Shown here: in pieces, positions 8,872-18,599 of the stretch
Numbering within the stretch: position 1 is the stretch's first letter
Layout: every line of letters starts with the position of its first letter
NCBI RefSeq assembly: GCF_964204645.1
Contig: NW_027437483.1
Coordinates: 1 to 49,000, forward strand
Length of the DNA stretch: 49,000 nt
Direction of reading: 5' to 3'
DNA from: Tubulanus polymorphus
Lineage: Eukaryota > Animalia > Nemertea
Made by a program: the position numbers and the translations under genes
The notes under the pieces: generated by a model
Databases searched by the model: none
The model's input: the letters and a program-made list of their open reading frames with translations, nothing else
Told to the model about the DNA's origin: nothing

Positions 8872-11168
8872 ACCGCCTCACTACAACAATTAACTCTCAC
8901 TACTTTTTTACAGGGATAACCCGCTGCCCGTGCACTAGTGGGGTCTCCAAACCTTCGGTTTGGTCCCCTAACCTCTATCTCTAAACCTAACCTTAGCCCG
9001 TGCCAGGTTTCCCTCGTAAATTATCTTAACTGATTAATTATTAATCATCAATCTATTTGCAGAATCATCCTCCGTCGCCTGAAGCAGAAACCCGCTCAGA
9101 GACAGAGTACAAAACAAACTCCAAGATCACAAGCTCCACAGGAATCATCAACCTTTTATCTTTTAATTAGTTCTCTCTGCTTTACTTTGAAAACTCAATC
9201 GAAATTCAGTAAGTAAGAAGACAGACCAAATATCAGAAACAGTTAGAAAAATAAACAAAAGCGCGATATCGGGAACCGAACCCTAACCGCTAGTACAGAC
9301 TGGTTGCCTGTCCCAGGACGATAGAAACCGGTAACCAGTCCACCGCTATTATCTATTTCGAAAATATGCGTCAGCACTGAGATTATATCATAGAAACACC
9401 CGAAAAGTATTTATTAATCTATTATAAATTTAGAAAGAAAGGGAATCTAGAATAGGTAAGAATATACTCAATTACTAAAACGGCGCGCCTGATCGGGACT
9501 CGAACCCGCGGCACCCGAATTAAGCTCCGGAGAATACTCGGGAACCGTACCCGCCGCTCCGAAATTAACCGCTAGTACTGACGGGTTGCCGGTGTCCCGC
9601 GTTAGATACCGGCAACCAGTCCACCGCTCTTATTTATTTTGAAAATATGCGTCGGCACTAAGATTATATCGTAGAAACATCTGAAAAGTACTATTGTATC
9701 CGTCAAAGATTCAGAATTAAAAGGAATCCAGAATAGGTAAAAAAACATTTAGAATAGAACTATTCAATTACTAAACGGCGCCTGGTCGGGACTCGAACCC
9801 GCGGCACCCTAATCAACCTCCGTTTAATCTATAACGTTCGGTCGGGGACCTAACCCGCTACGTCCTAATTAACTATTATCGTATCTACGCGCCAACTCTT
9901 GGAACATACTCTATATAGATCCGGGTGTCAAGTTTCAAATTTCTCTAAAACAGACAGTTTATTTTCGGATAACAATTCTAATGAGATCGCTCAAAAGTAT
10001 TAGTAGCTATATTCAAAAACCGCACTATAGGTTGTAGAAGTATAAGAAGTTTATAGGATAAATAATAGTCCACGGACATCAATCACTGTTTACGAGTCAC
10101 TCATAATTAGTGACCGATCGGCCACCTGCGCCTCTTGACTAATTATCCGACTCAATTCTATACAAAATCGCAGTTACGACGCCTTCAAACTCATCAGTTT
10201 TTTTCAAAGAACACAGCCCAATATTCCCGATTCAAAAAGAGTTTTAAAATCACGTATATATTTCAACCTTCGGATTAAAGAAGAGATCATAGTGTTTTTG
10301 AACCACTCAAACTACGCAAGCTTAAACCGATTTACTGAATACCCGCGCTCCGGTCTGAATATATTTGTCACATGTTCAAGTTCACATAGCTTTACTCGAT
10401 CCTAAAAACTCTAAATAAGCGTAGTTTATCTAATAGAATTATATTTAAGAACTTAGAATTAAAACAGACTTATTAGTAAGACATTTCTATCAAAACTCGT
10501 CACCCATAATTAGGGCTAATTAACCACCCGCGCTCACTCAGTAATTTAGATCTTACGGGTTATAACTTCCTACTAAATCGCCGACGCCGCGCTGTCTAAT
10601 TCATCCAATTTTCGGTAGAATACCGCGTAGATATTTCAAAATCCGCTCTTAAAAGCTTTAGAATACGGAGAAAACTTGATTAACTAAGAACCGGATTTCA
10701 CCATTTACGACTATTTAGTAAACACGCGTATATCGGAATACGCCTCGGCCGCGCACCGCTAATTAACGCATCTAAACTAATTAGGAATTAAGCAATTTTG
10801 AAACTGAACTCGGACATATTTCGAACATTCCGGTTCACGTATATTAATAATACATATTCTAGATTTCTCTTTATAGAAAACACTTTGAGTATTTATTAGG
10901 TTATATCGAAATAAACTTTTCAATTCTATATTAGACACGCCGTTCTTTAGATCTTTAGAACTATACATCAAAGCAAACTATTCAACAGCTAGATCAAGGG
11001 CCATAATTAGTGCTGTTTTCTAGTCACTCTGGATCAAAGGCATAATTAGTCAGACCCCTAGTTTGTCTATTAGCTTGATCACAGAAGTACAATTAGTCTA
11101 GATCACAAGGTCTCATATGGTCACTTAACTTCTAACTCAAATACTGTTCACTTGTTGCGCGCTGCGTG

Positions 11169-11200
11169 TATAAAAACCCGTGTCTAATCCTAGTTCAGCA
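11169..11200 (+). promoter_or_regulatory. Putative Pol II core promoter of the PLE (TATA box + Inr-like)
   Basis: TATAAAAA at 11169-11176 with TTCAGCA about 25 bp downstream, immediately before the hammerhead and ORF1. Confidence 0.6.
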
Positions 11201-12759
11201 TGATTCCTGCACTGACACTGACGAAGGCAACCTCGCCGAAATATCTGTCAATGGAGCGATCTACTCGAAAGAAGAAACGACCACCAGCTGAGAAGACCAG
11301 CAAGGGCGGAGGACGCCCTGAGCGACACCAGCAACCCGGGATGTCGCCGAAAAATTACTATAGAGCTCTTCAAGTGGCGCACCACCTTGCCCAGTTGAGC
11401 TCTGGTCCGAAAGCGATTCGGAGGAAGAAGGACCATCTGAAGATGTTCCTGCGGCCGGCGGCTTGCACCGAAGCAGTAACGGTGCGGCTGCACGCTGCCG
11501 CGGACGTCTGGATGGAGACAGTTTCGAAAGAGCTGACCATCCATTACGCTGCCACATTTGTTGAGCTAATGGGTGATCCTCTGCCGGACTGTCTATCAGC
11601 ACAGGATGTCGCCCTGACATGGGCCCGGAGGAATTTCGGCTCCCGTCTGAGCCCCGGAACGATCCGGCTTTTCAACATCGCGCTGGATTTGCGGTCGAAA
11701 TTCCGCGGTCAGGCTCTGTCTGACAAACTCAGAAATGTCCTATCTAACCCACCTTCTTCCCCTTCTCATTTCAGGTCACACCACCAGGAGGCACCCACGG
11801 AGCCGAAGATTCGTCCGCCGCCGAGACCGAGCCGGAAGATTCGAAAGCCCGCGACGCCGAGGACGCCTGCACCAACCGCAGCCGCGCCCGCCGCGCCCAC
11901 AGCGCCTCCTTCTTTTTCTGATTCCAGGTCACCGAGAAGCTACGCGGATGTCACCAGGACGCCACCAACCAGAATGGCGCCACCACCGAGAAGTCCGATG
12001 CCGACGCCGCCGCCGCCACCAAGAAGTCCGACGCCACCGAGAAGTCCGACGCCGCCGCCTCGAAACCCGACGCCGCCGCCGCCGCAGAGAACGCCGACCG
12101 CACCAACCAGCAGTCCGACGCCGTCTCTCTCTTCTTCTCTTTCCAGCTCTCCGTCTCATTACAGGTCACCAGGGCGCCTACTGCCAGCGCGAAGTCCGAC
12201 GCCAACACCGAGACCGATGGCGCCCCAGGAAGTTCGCCGTCATCCGAATACTGGTCGGAAGAAACAGGATTGGAGTCTGCCACCAACCCGGCGACCCATT
12301 CTGGTGATTGGTGACTCAAATCTGAGTAACATCACATCAAGCCGCCGTCCGGATGACGTCCAGATCGAGAGCTTCCCCGGCTGCAAGATAGCTCATCTCG
12401 CCGACCTGATCGATGCTGTACCGGAGCGCCGAGATCGCCCGGATACGGTGATCATCAGCGTCGGAATCAACAACCGCGACAACAACTTCGAAGCGACCGC
12501 CAAGAAGACCACACAGCGCCTGATCAACGCCGCAGTCAAGAAGTATCAGCACTCGTTCGTCCACTTCGTTCAACTCAACACGACCCGCGAACACCAGCAG
12601 TTCGCCCGGAAGTTCAACGAATTCCTCGAGATTCACGACGACGTCACCGCGATACCACCCATCGATGATCGACGCTTCAGAGTTGTTGGAGACGGGATCC
12701 ACTGGAACCGTGGTACAGCTAACACCCTGCTGGACCACTGGCTCAGTGGTTTAAACTAA
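11200..12759 (+). CDS. PLE ORF1 full length (basic N-terminus, probable helical domain, Pro-rich linker, SGNH esterase); real start may be ATG 11251
   Basis: 519-aa ORF with the SGNH motifs GDS, G, GxN, DxxH intact. Confidence 0.88.
   Translation: MIPALTLTKATSPKYLSMERSTRKKKRPPAEKTSKGGGRPERHQQPGMSPKNYYRALQVAHHLAQLSSGPKAIRRKKDHLKMFLRPAACTEAVTVRLHAAADVWMETVSKELTIHYAATFVELMGDPLPDCLSAQDVALTWARRNFGSRLSPGTIRLFNIALDLRSKFRGQALSDKLRNVLSNPPSSPSHFRSHHQEAPTEPKIRPPPRPSRKIRKPATPRTPAPTAAAPAAPTAPPSFSDSRSPRSYADVTRTPPTRMAPPPRSPMPTPPPPPRSPTPPRSPTPPPRNPTPPPPQRTPTAPTSSPTPSLSSSLSSSPSHYRSPGRLLPARSPTPTPRPMAPQEVRRHPNTGRKKQDWSLPPTRRPILVIGDSNLSNITSSRRPDDVQIESFPGCKIAHLADLIDAVPERRDRPDTVIISVGINNRDNNFEATAKKTTQRLINAAVKKYQHSFVHFVQLNTTREHQQFARKFNEFLEIHDDVTAIPPIDDRRFRVVGDGIHWNRGTANTLLDHWLSGLN
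11210..11253 (+). ncRNA. Minimal type I hammerhead ribozyme (PLE-type)
   Basis: Stem I CACTGACA/TGTCAATG, core CTGACGA(A), stem II GGC-AACCTC-GCC, GAAA, palindromic mini stem III ATAT, AUC cleavage after 11245. Minimal hammerheads with palindromic stem III are an established feature of PLEs. Confidence 0.8.
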
Positions 12760-15215
12760 GTATTAGTGAGACCAACGGGTCCACTATTGGTGAGTTAAAT
12801 CAACCGGAATTAACCAATGCTTCTCTGATTTCTTCCATTTCCAGGTCCGACGAACACGAAGAACCGGCACCAAACCAAGCGCGACGCGATCCGGTCACCG
12901 CTCTCGGGAGCCCGGTGGTCAACCTCACACGTTCACTCCGCCTAAGTCCGGCGCAACATCAGCTACTCCGAAAGGGCCTCACTTATTGCCCGACTCCAAA
13001 AATCGGTTCTGATGCCGCCGCGACCGAGCGCACCAAGGGAGTGTGCCGATTCAACCGGCTAGTGAAACTCGACCATCACTTCCGAGACAAACCGGACCGC
13101 GAGGCTCCGCGTTTCCGTCTGCCCAGCAGTTGGGCTCCGGATGAAATAGAACCAGTAATCGCCGGGTTCTGCAACGACGCGCACGAATTGGCTCAACAAA
13201 CCAGGGATACGCGTCGCGTAAATGATAACCTCACTAAACAGGAACGCGAAGCCCTCCAGCAGCTGCGTGACAACACTAATATTGTCATCAAAGCCGCCGA
13301 TAAGGGTTCCGCTACGGTTATCATGGACCGCGACGACTACGTCCACGAAGCCATGCGCCAACTAGCCGATCTCGAGTATTATCAGCCGCTGCAGCAACCG
13401 ATCTTCGAACAGACCGGGGAAGAAATTCGCGAAATCATCGAAAATATGGCTCGACGAAAAATCATCCCGCTAAAAACCGCCGAATATCTATTACCGCCCG
13501 ATAATCCGAAACAGAGGCAGTTCTATCTGCTTCCCAAAATCCATAAAGAACGCGAGAAGTGGACGGTACCCGATCGCGTACCGCCGGGGAGACCGATCGT
13601 CTCCGACTGCGGCTCCGAAACCTACGAAATTTCGGAATGGATCGACTACTATTTGCAGCCGATCGCCCGCGGTCACCCGTCGTACGTCAAAGATACCAAC
13701 CACTTTCTAGATATTTTGGCCGGTAAACAATTTAGCGCCGATGCGTTACTCGTCACCATGGACATCGATTCGCTCTACACCAACATCCCCCACGAAGAGG
13801 GTATCGCCAGCATCCGACAAGCTCTCCGAGATAACCCAAACCCGGGACGCCCGGATGCCGAGCTGCTGAAACTACTCGAAATCAGCCTGAAGAAAAATGA
13901 CTTTAACTTTAACGAAAACACATATTTACAGGTAAAAGGTACCGCAATGGGTAAGCGTTTTGCTCCTTCTTATGCCAATATCTTTGTAGCCGAATGGGAA
14001 AAAGAAGGTCTGTCCAGAAGCGAACTCCAACCATCGCTATACGCTCGGTTCATCGACGACATCTACATAGTTTGGGAACACGGCCGCGAAACGTTGATGC
14101 AATTCATCGACGTCCTACAAACAGTGAGCCGATCCATCAAACTCAAGTTCGAAATCAGCGACACCAGCGTCAACTTCCTGGACGTAACCACTTTCAAAGG
14201 CCCGCGATTCGAGACAAGTGGCACAGTAGACACCAAAGTCTACTTCAAACCAACCGATTCGCATCAATTACTACATCGATCCTCGTTTCACCCTAAACAC
14301 ACATTTTCCGGTATAGTTAAAAGTCAAATTCTCCGGTTCCGGCGCATCTGCAATAACGATTCGGACTTACACGCAGCGTCCGGAACCGTCCTTAAAGTAC
14401 TCAGAGGTCGTGGCTACAAAGACCGCGAACTGCGACACATCAAAAGCCAAGCTCTACGGCACCACGCCGAACGAGATCTACGAGAACAACAACGGGCCGA
14501 CGAACCGCCGAAAAAGCGTTTACCGCTTATCTTACCTCACTCCGAAGCCAACCGAACCCTAGCCCGTAACATCCGAACCAGATTTACGGAACTGGCTACG
14601 GCCACCGGCCGGTCTGACGAGGTAACCACGGTCACCGCCTACACCAAGCACAAGAGTCTCAAAGATCTCCTAACTTCGTCGCAGCTCAAACCCACGGAGC
14701 CACCCCCTCCCCGAGTCCCCTCTTCACCGCATCGTAACAGAAATACTTCCGTTGTTTCCAAATCTTCTATTTCCAGGTCTACTCAAAGAACTCCGTCAAC
14801 CCGACGTCGAGGCACCGAGAAATGCAGAACACCGAGATGTCGTACGTGTCCACTCGTCCGAGAAACAACCGTTTGCCGCAGCCACAACAAAATGCACGCG
14901 ATCCGCAGCACAATTAATTGCGCGACCCGTGAAATTGTATACTGCATCGAATGCACCAAGTGCAACATGCTGTACGTCGGCCAAACCGGAATGTCTCTAC
15001 GAGAACGCGTCACTCATCACGTCTCACGCATCAGAACGAAGAATTCGACTCCAGTCTCGGACCACTTCAACCAAGTCGACCACACCCGCGAACACTTTCG
15101 GGTGTACGGTCTCCAACACCTACCAGGCTCCACGAGACCGATCCGCGAAGCAGCCGAACAAGACTGGATACGACGACTCGACACGAACACGCCCCGAGGC
15201 ATGAACGTCCCGTAG
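12756..15215 (+). CDS. PLE ORF2 copy 2: RT + GIY-YIG endonuclease
   Basis: Same motifs as copy 1; 2 aa differences in the track ORF. Confidence 0.95.
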   Translation, partial: LSISETNGSTIGELNQPELTNASLISSISRSDEHEEPAPNQARRDPVTALGSPVVNLTRSLRLSPAQHQLLRKGLTYCPTPKIGSDAAATERTKGVCRFNRLVKLDHHFRDKPDREAPRFRLPSSWAPDEIEPVIAGFCNDAHELAQQTRDTRRVNDNLTKQEREALQQLRDNTNIVIKAADKGSATVIMDRDDYVHEAMRQLADLEYYQPLQQPIFEQTGEEIREIIENMARRKIIPLKTAEYLLPPDNPKQRQFYLLPKIHKEREKWTVPDRVPPGRPIVSDCGSETYEISEWIDYYLQPIARGHPSYVKDTNHFLDILAGKQFSADALLVTMDIDSLYTNIPHEEGIASIRQALRDNPNPGRPDAELLKLLEISLKKNDFNFNENTYLQVKGTAMGKRFAPSYANIFVAEWEKEGLSRSELQPSLYARFIDDIYIVWEHGRETLMQFIDVLQTVSRSIKLKFEISDTSVNFLDVTTFKGPRFETSGTVDTKVYFKPTDSHQLLHRSSFHPKHTFSGIVKSQILRFRRICNNDSDLHAASGTVLKVLRGRGYKDRELRHIKSQALRHHAERDLREQQRADEPPKKRLPLILPHSEANRTLARNIRTRFTELATATGRSDEVTTVTAYTKHKSLKDLLTSSQLKPTEPPPPRVPSSPHRNRNTSVVSKSSISRSTQRTPSTRRRGTEKCRTPRCRTCPLVRETTVCRSHNKMHAIRSTINCATREIVYCIECTKCNMLYVGQTGMSLRERVTHHVSRIRTKNSTPVSDHFNQVDHTREHFRVYGLQHLPGSTRPIREAAEQDWIRRLDTNTPRGMNVP

Positions 15216-15329
15216 ACCGCCTCACTACAACAATTAACTCTCACTACTTTTTTACAGGGATAACCCGCTGCCCGTGCACTAGTGGGGTCTCCAAACCTTC
15301 GGTTTGGTCCCCTAACCTCTATCTCTAAA

Positions 15330-15444
15330 CCTAACCCTAACCCTAACCCTAACCCCCTAACCCTAACCCCCTAACCCCCTAACCCCCTAACCCCCTAACC
15401 CCCTAACCCCCTAACCCCCTAACCCCCTAACCCCCTAACCCCTA
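15330..15444 (+). repeat. Telomeric tract: canonical CCCTAA grading into variant CCCCCTAA
   Basis: Read directly; variant units lie centromere-proximal. Confidence 0.96.
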
Positions 15445-17277
15445 GAATTACACATTGCAGGTGCAAGTTGTCAAAATCTTTTAAAAGGAAAAGTAGAAAT
15501 TACACATTGCAGATGCAAATTATCAAAATCTACTTAGAGGAGAAAGTAGAAATTACACATTGCAGATGCAAATTGTCGAAATCTACTTAGAAGGGAAAGT
15601 AGAAATTGCTTATTGCAGGTGCAAGTTGTCAAAATCTACTTAGAAGTGAAAGTAAAAATTACACATTGCAGATGCAAATTGTCGAAATCTACTTAGAAGG
15701 AAAGTAGAAATTGATTATTGCAGGTGCAAGTTGTCAAAATCTTTTAAAAGGGAAAGTAGAAATTACACATTGCAGATGCAAATTATCAAAATCTACTTAG
15801 AGGAGAAAGTAGAAATTACACATTGCAGATGCAAATTATCAAAATCTACTTAGAGGAGAAAGTAGAAATTACACATTGCAGACGCAAATTGTCGAAATCT
15901 ACTTAGAAGGGAAAGTAGAAATTGATTATTGCAGGTGCAAGTTGTCGAAATCTTTTAAAAGGTAAAAGTAGAAATTACACATTGCAGATGCAAATTATCA
16001 AAATCTACTTAGAGGAGAAAGTAGAAATTACACATTGCAGATGCAAATTGTCGAAATCTACTTAGAAGGGAAAGTAGAAATTGATTATTGCAGGTGCAAG
16101 TTGTCGAAATCTTTTAAAAGGTAAAAGTAGAAATTACACATTGCAGATGCAAATTATCAAAATCTACTTAGAAGGGAAAGTAGAAATTACACATTGCAGA
16201 CGCAAATTGTCGAAATCTACTTAGAAGGGAAAGTAGAAATTGCTTATTGCAGGTGAAGTTGTCAAAATCTTTTAAAAGGGAAAGTAGAAATTACACATTG
16301 CAGATGCAAATTATCAAAATCTACTTAGAGGAGAAAGTAGAAATTACACATTGCAGATGCAAGTCGTCGAAATCTACTTAGAGGAGAAAGTAGAAATTAC
16401 ACATTGCAGGTGCAAGTCGTCGAAATCTACTTAGAGGAGAAAGTAGAAATTACACATTGCAGATGCAAATTATCAAAATCTACTTAGATGGGAAAGATAG
16501 AAATTACACATTGCAGATGCAAGTCGTCGAAATCTACTTAGAGGAGAAAGTAGAAATTACACATTGCAGATGCAAATTATCAAAATCTACTTAGATGGGA
16601 AAGATAGAAATTACACATTGCAGGTGCAAGTCGTCGAAATCTACTTAGAGGAGAAAGTAGAAATTACACATTGCAGATGCAAGTCGTCGAAATCTACTTA
16701 GATGGGAAAGATAGAAATTACACATTGCAGATGCAAATTGTCGAAATCTACTTAGAAGGGAAAGTAGAAATTGCATATTGCAGGTGCAAGTTGTCGAAAT
16801 CTACTTAGAAGGGAAAGTAGAAATTGCATATTGTAGTTGCGAGCGGTTGTCAAATTGGTTTTTGTGAAATATCCCCTCACGAACTGAGATTTTTCAATGA
16901 CTTTGAATTACAAAAATGTAGCCCATGACAACCAGCGAGATAGATTGAAAGGAGATCATACTAAACTTTTTTTCTCCGACATCGGACCGTCGATCATGGT
17001 AAGCAGTCGCAACTTGGCAAAATCTCCTTAGAAGTGAAACGTAGAAATTGCATATTGTAGCAAAGAGTTGTCAAAATCTTCTTAGAAAGTAACGTAGAAA
17101 TTACACATTGCATTCGCAAGTTGTCTTAGAAGGGAAAGTAGAAAATGCACATTGCATTCGCGAGTTGTCAAATTAGTTTTTGTGAAATATCTCTTAACGA
17201 ACTGAGATTTTTCAATGACTTTCATTTACGAAATTGTAGCCCATGACAACCAGCGCGATAGATTGAACGGAGATCAT
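15445..17277. repeat. 53-bp subtelomeric satellite with variant monomers, degenerating into a duplicated ~130-bp segment
   Basis: Unit tagaaattacacattgcagatgcaaattatcaaaatctacttagaggagaaag with 53-bp spacing (15494, 15547). Segment ~16850-16960 recurs at ~17170-17277. Confidence 0.92.
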
Positions 17278-17766
17278 CGAGAGAGAGACGGGTTAGATTC
17301 AAATGTTTTTTCACACACATTGAACGACAAAAAGGGAATTTATTACAGGCATTGTGTTTTACAATTAGCCGTTTCGGTCAATTAAATCAAACACGTACAT
17401 CGAGTGAAACGTGAGTTTCGTCATAAAACGCAAAAGAATATAGTGGTACAAACTGTGTCGTTGTTAAAATAAATAGAATTAATTAAGAATGAATTGTATT
17501 TAATTTAAAAAATTTAAAGCAATAATTAGAGTCTTTTCACACTTTTTCACCCCGGGGAAAACTCGTGAAAAGAGTGAAAAAGTATGAAAAGTCTATATTC
17601 TAGTCGAATCACCAACCACTTGGACACAAGTCTGGCTTTTCACACTTTTTCACCCCGGGGAAAACTCGTGAAAAGAGTGAAAAAGTATGAAAAGTCTACA
17701 TTCTGGTGGGAATTCACACTTTTTCCGGGTGAATTCACACTTTTCTCTCCGGGAATACAGTACATA

Positions 17767-17940
17767 GTGTGAAATCACCCACGTATAAGAAACCGGCTTC
17801 CCATAGAGTGAAATCACCCACGTATAAGAAACCGGCTTCCCATAGAGTGAAATCACCCACGTATTATAAACTGGCTTCCCATAGAGTGATATCACCCTCG
17901 TATAAGAAAACGTCTTTCCAAAATATGATATCACCTACGT
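17767..17940. repeat. 39-bp minisatellite (with an adjacent ~60-bp direct duplication at 17534-17700)
   Basis: agtgaaatcacccacgtataagaaaccggcttcccatag about 4 times. Confidence 0.8.
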
Positions 17941-18599
17941 AGAAAAATACCACAAATGCCATATAAATAAGACCCTACCCATATCTAAAACCGACCTTTT
18001 TCTCGTTCAGGGCGTTAATAGCTACCCGCTCCCGAAATTTCGAGTCGATTGGAGCAATTCTAAATTTTGAAAATTTTAGGGCTATTTTTTCGAAATTTCG
18101 ATCGCTCATATCTCCGGAAGTATTTGAGCCAGGGGGCCAATTCTTTCAGAGGACATACCCTTACGGCCCTTTAGTACGGGCACCGGGCACCGGGGATGGG
18201 GCCAAGAAAAGCGAAATAAAGGCTCAAAGTTACTGATCGAATAAGTGTTCAAACTCAATCAAACATGTCAACTTGAACCCAGGTAGCGATTTATGTAGTC
18301 CGAGGTTTGACTTATACCACATGCGGATGCGCGTCTGGGGACGGAGGTGTTTGGGATGTGACAAATGATTATTCCAGTTTTCCTGCTGTGTGTCCGCTAT
18401 CCTAAACCAGGGAAAAGAAGTATCATCTACAGGGCCCCTTCTAATACCCAACAAGTTTCAGAGCCCTAGGGCCATTATTAAGCTCGTATGAGATGTTAGA
18501 AGGGGGGGTCGTTTTTCAGGTCTCAACTTAGTGTATATTTTCGCGGATATATTTTGACACTGATTTTCCGACGAGGAGAGGATATCAAGATTTCTAACG

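Larger units (their letters stand above)
5326..8992 (+). mobile_element. Penelope-like retroelement copy 1, 5'-truncated within ORF1
   Basis: Begins abruptly at gcttttcaacatc (equivalent to 11667 of copy 2) and is near-identical to copy 2 through the 3' CCTAACC motif. Confidence 0.95.
8993..15336 (+). mobile_element. Penelope-like retroelement copy 2, full unit (~6.34 kb: 2.2-kb non-coding region, TATA, hammerhead, ORF1, ORF2, 3' motif)
   Basis: Seamless head-to-tail junction with copy 1 (cctaa|ccttagcccgtgccagg). 3' end joined to CCCTAA repeats at ~15336. Offset between copies is 6341-6344 bp. Confidence 0.95.

Noticed and set aside
8918-8975. HDV-like ribozyme (GC-UGCCCGU-GC...GG-hairpin-CUAA)
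   Set aside because: The loop and CUAA look suggestive, but I could not find P1 and P2 pairing partners upstream in either element.
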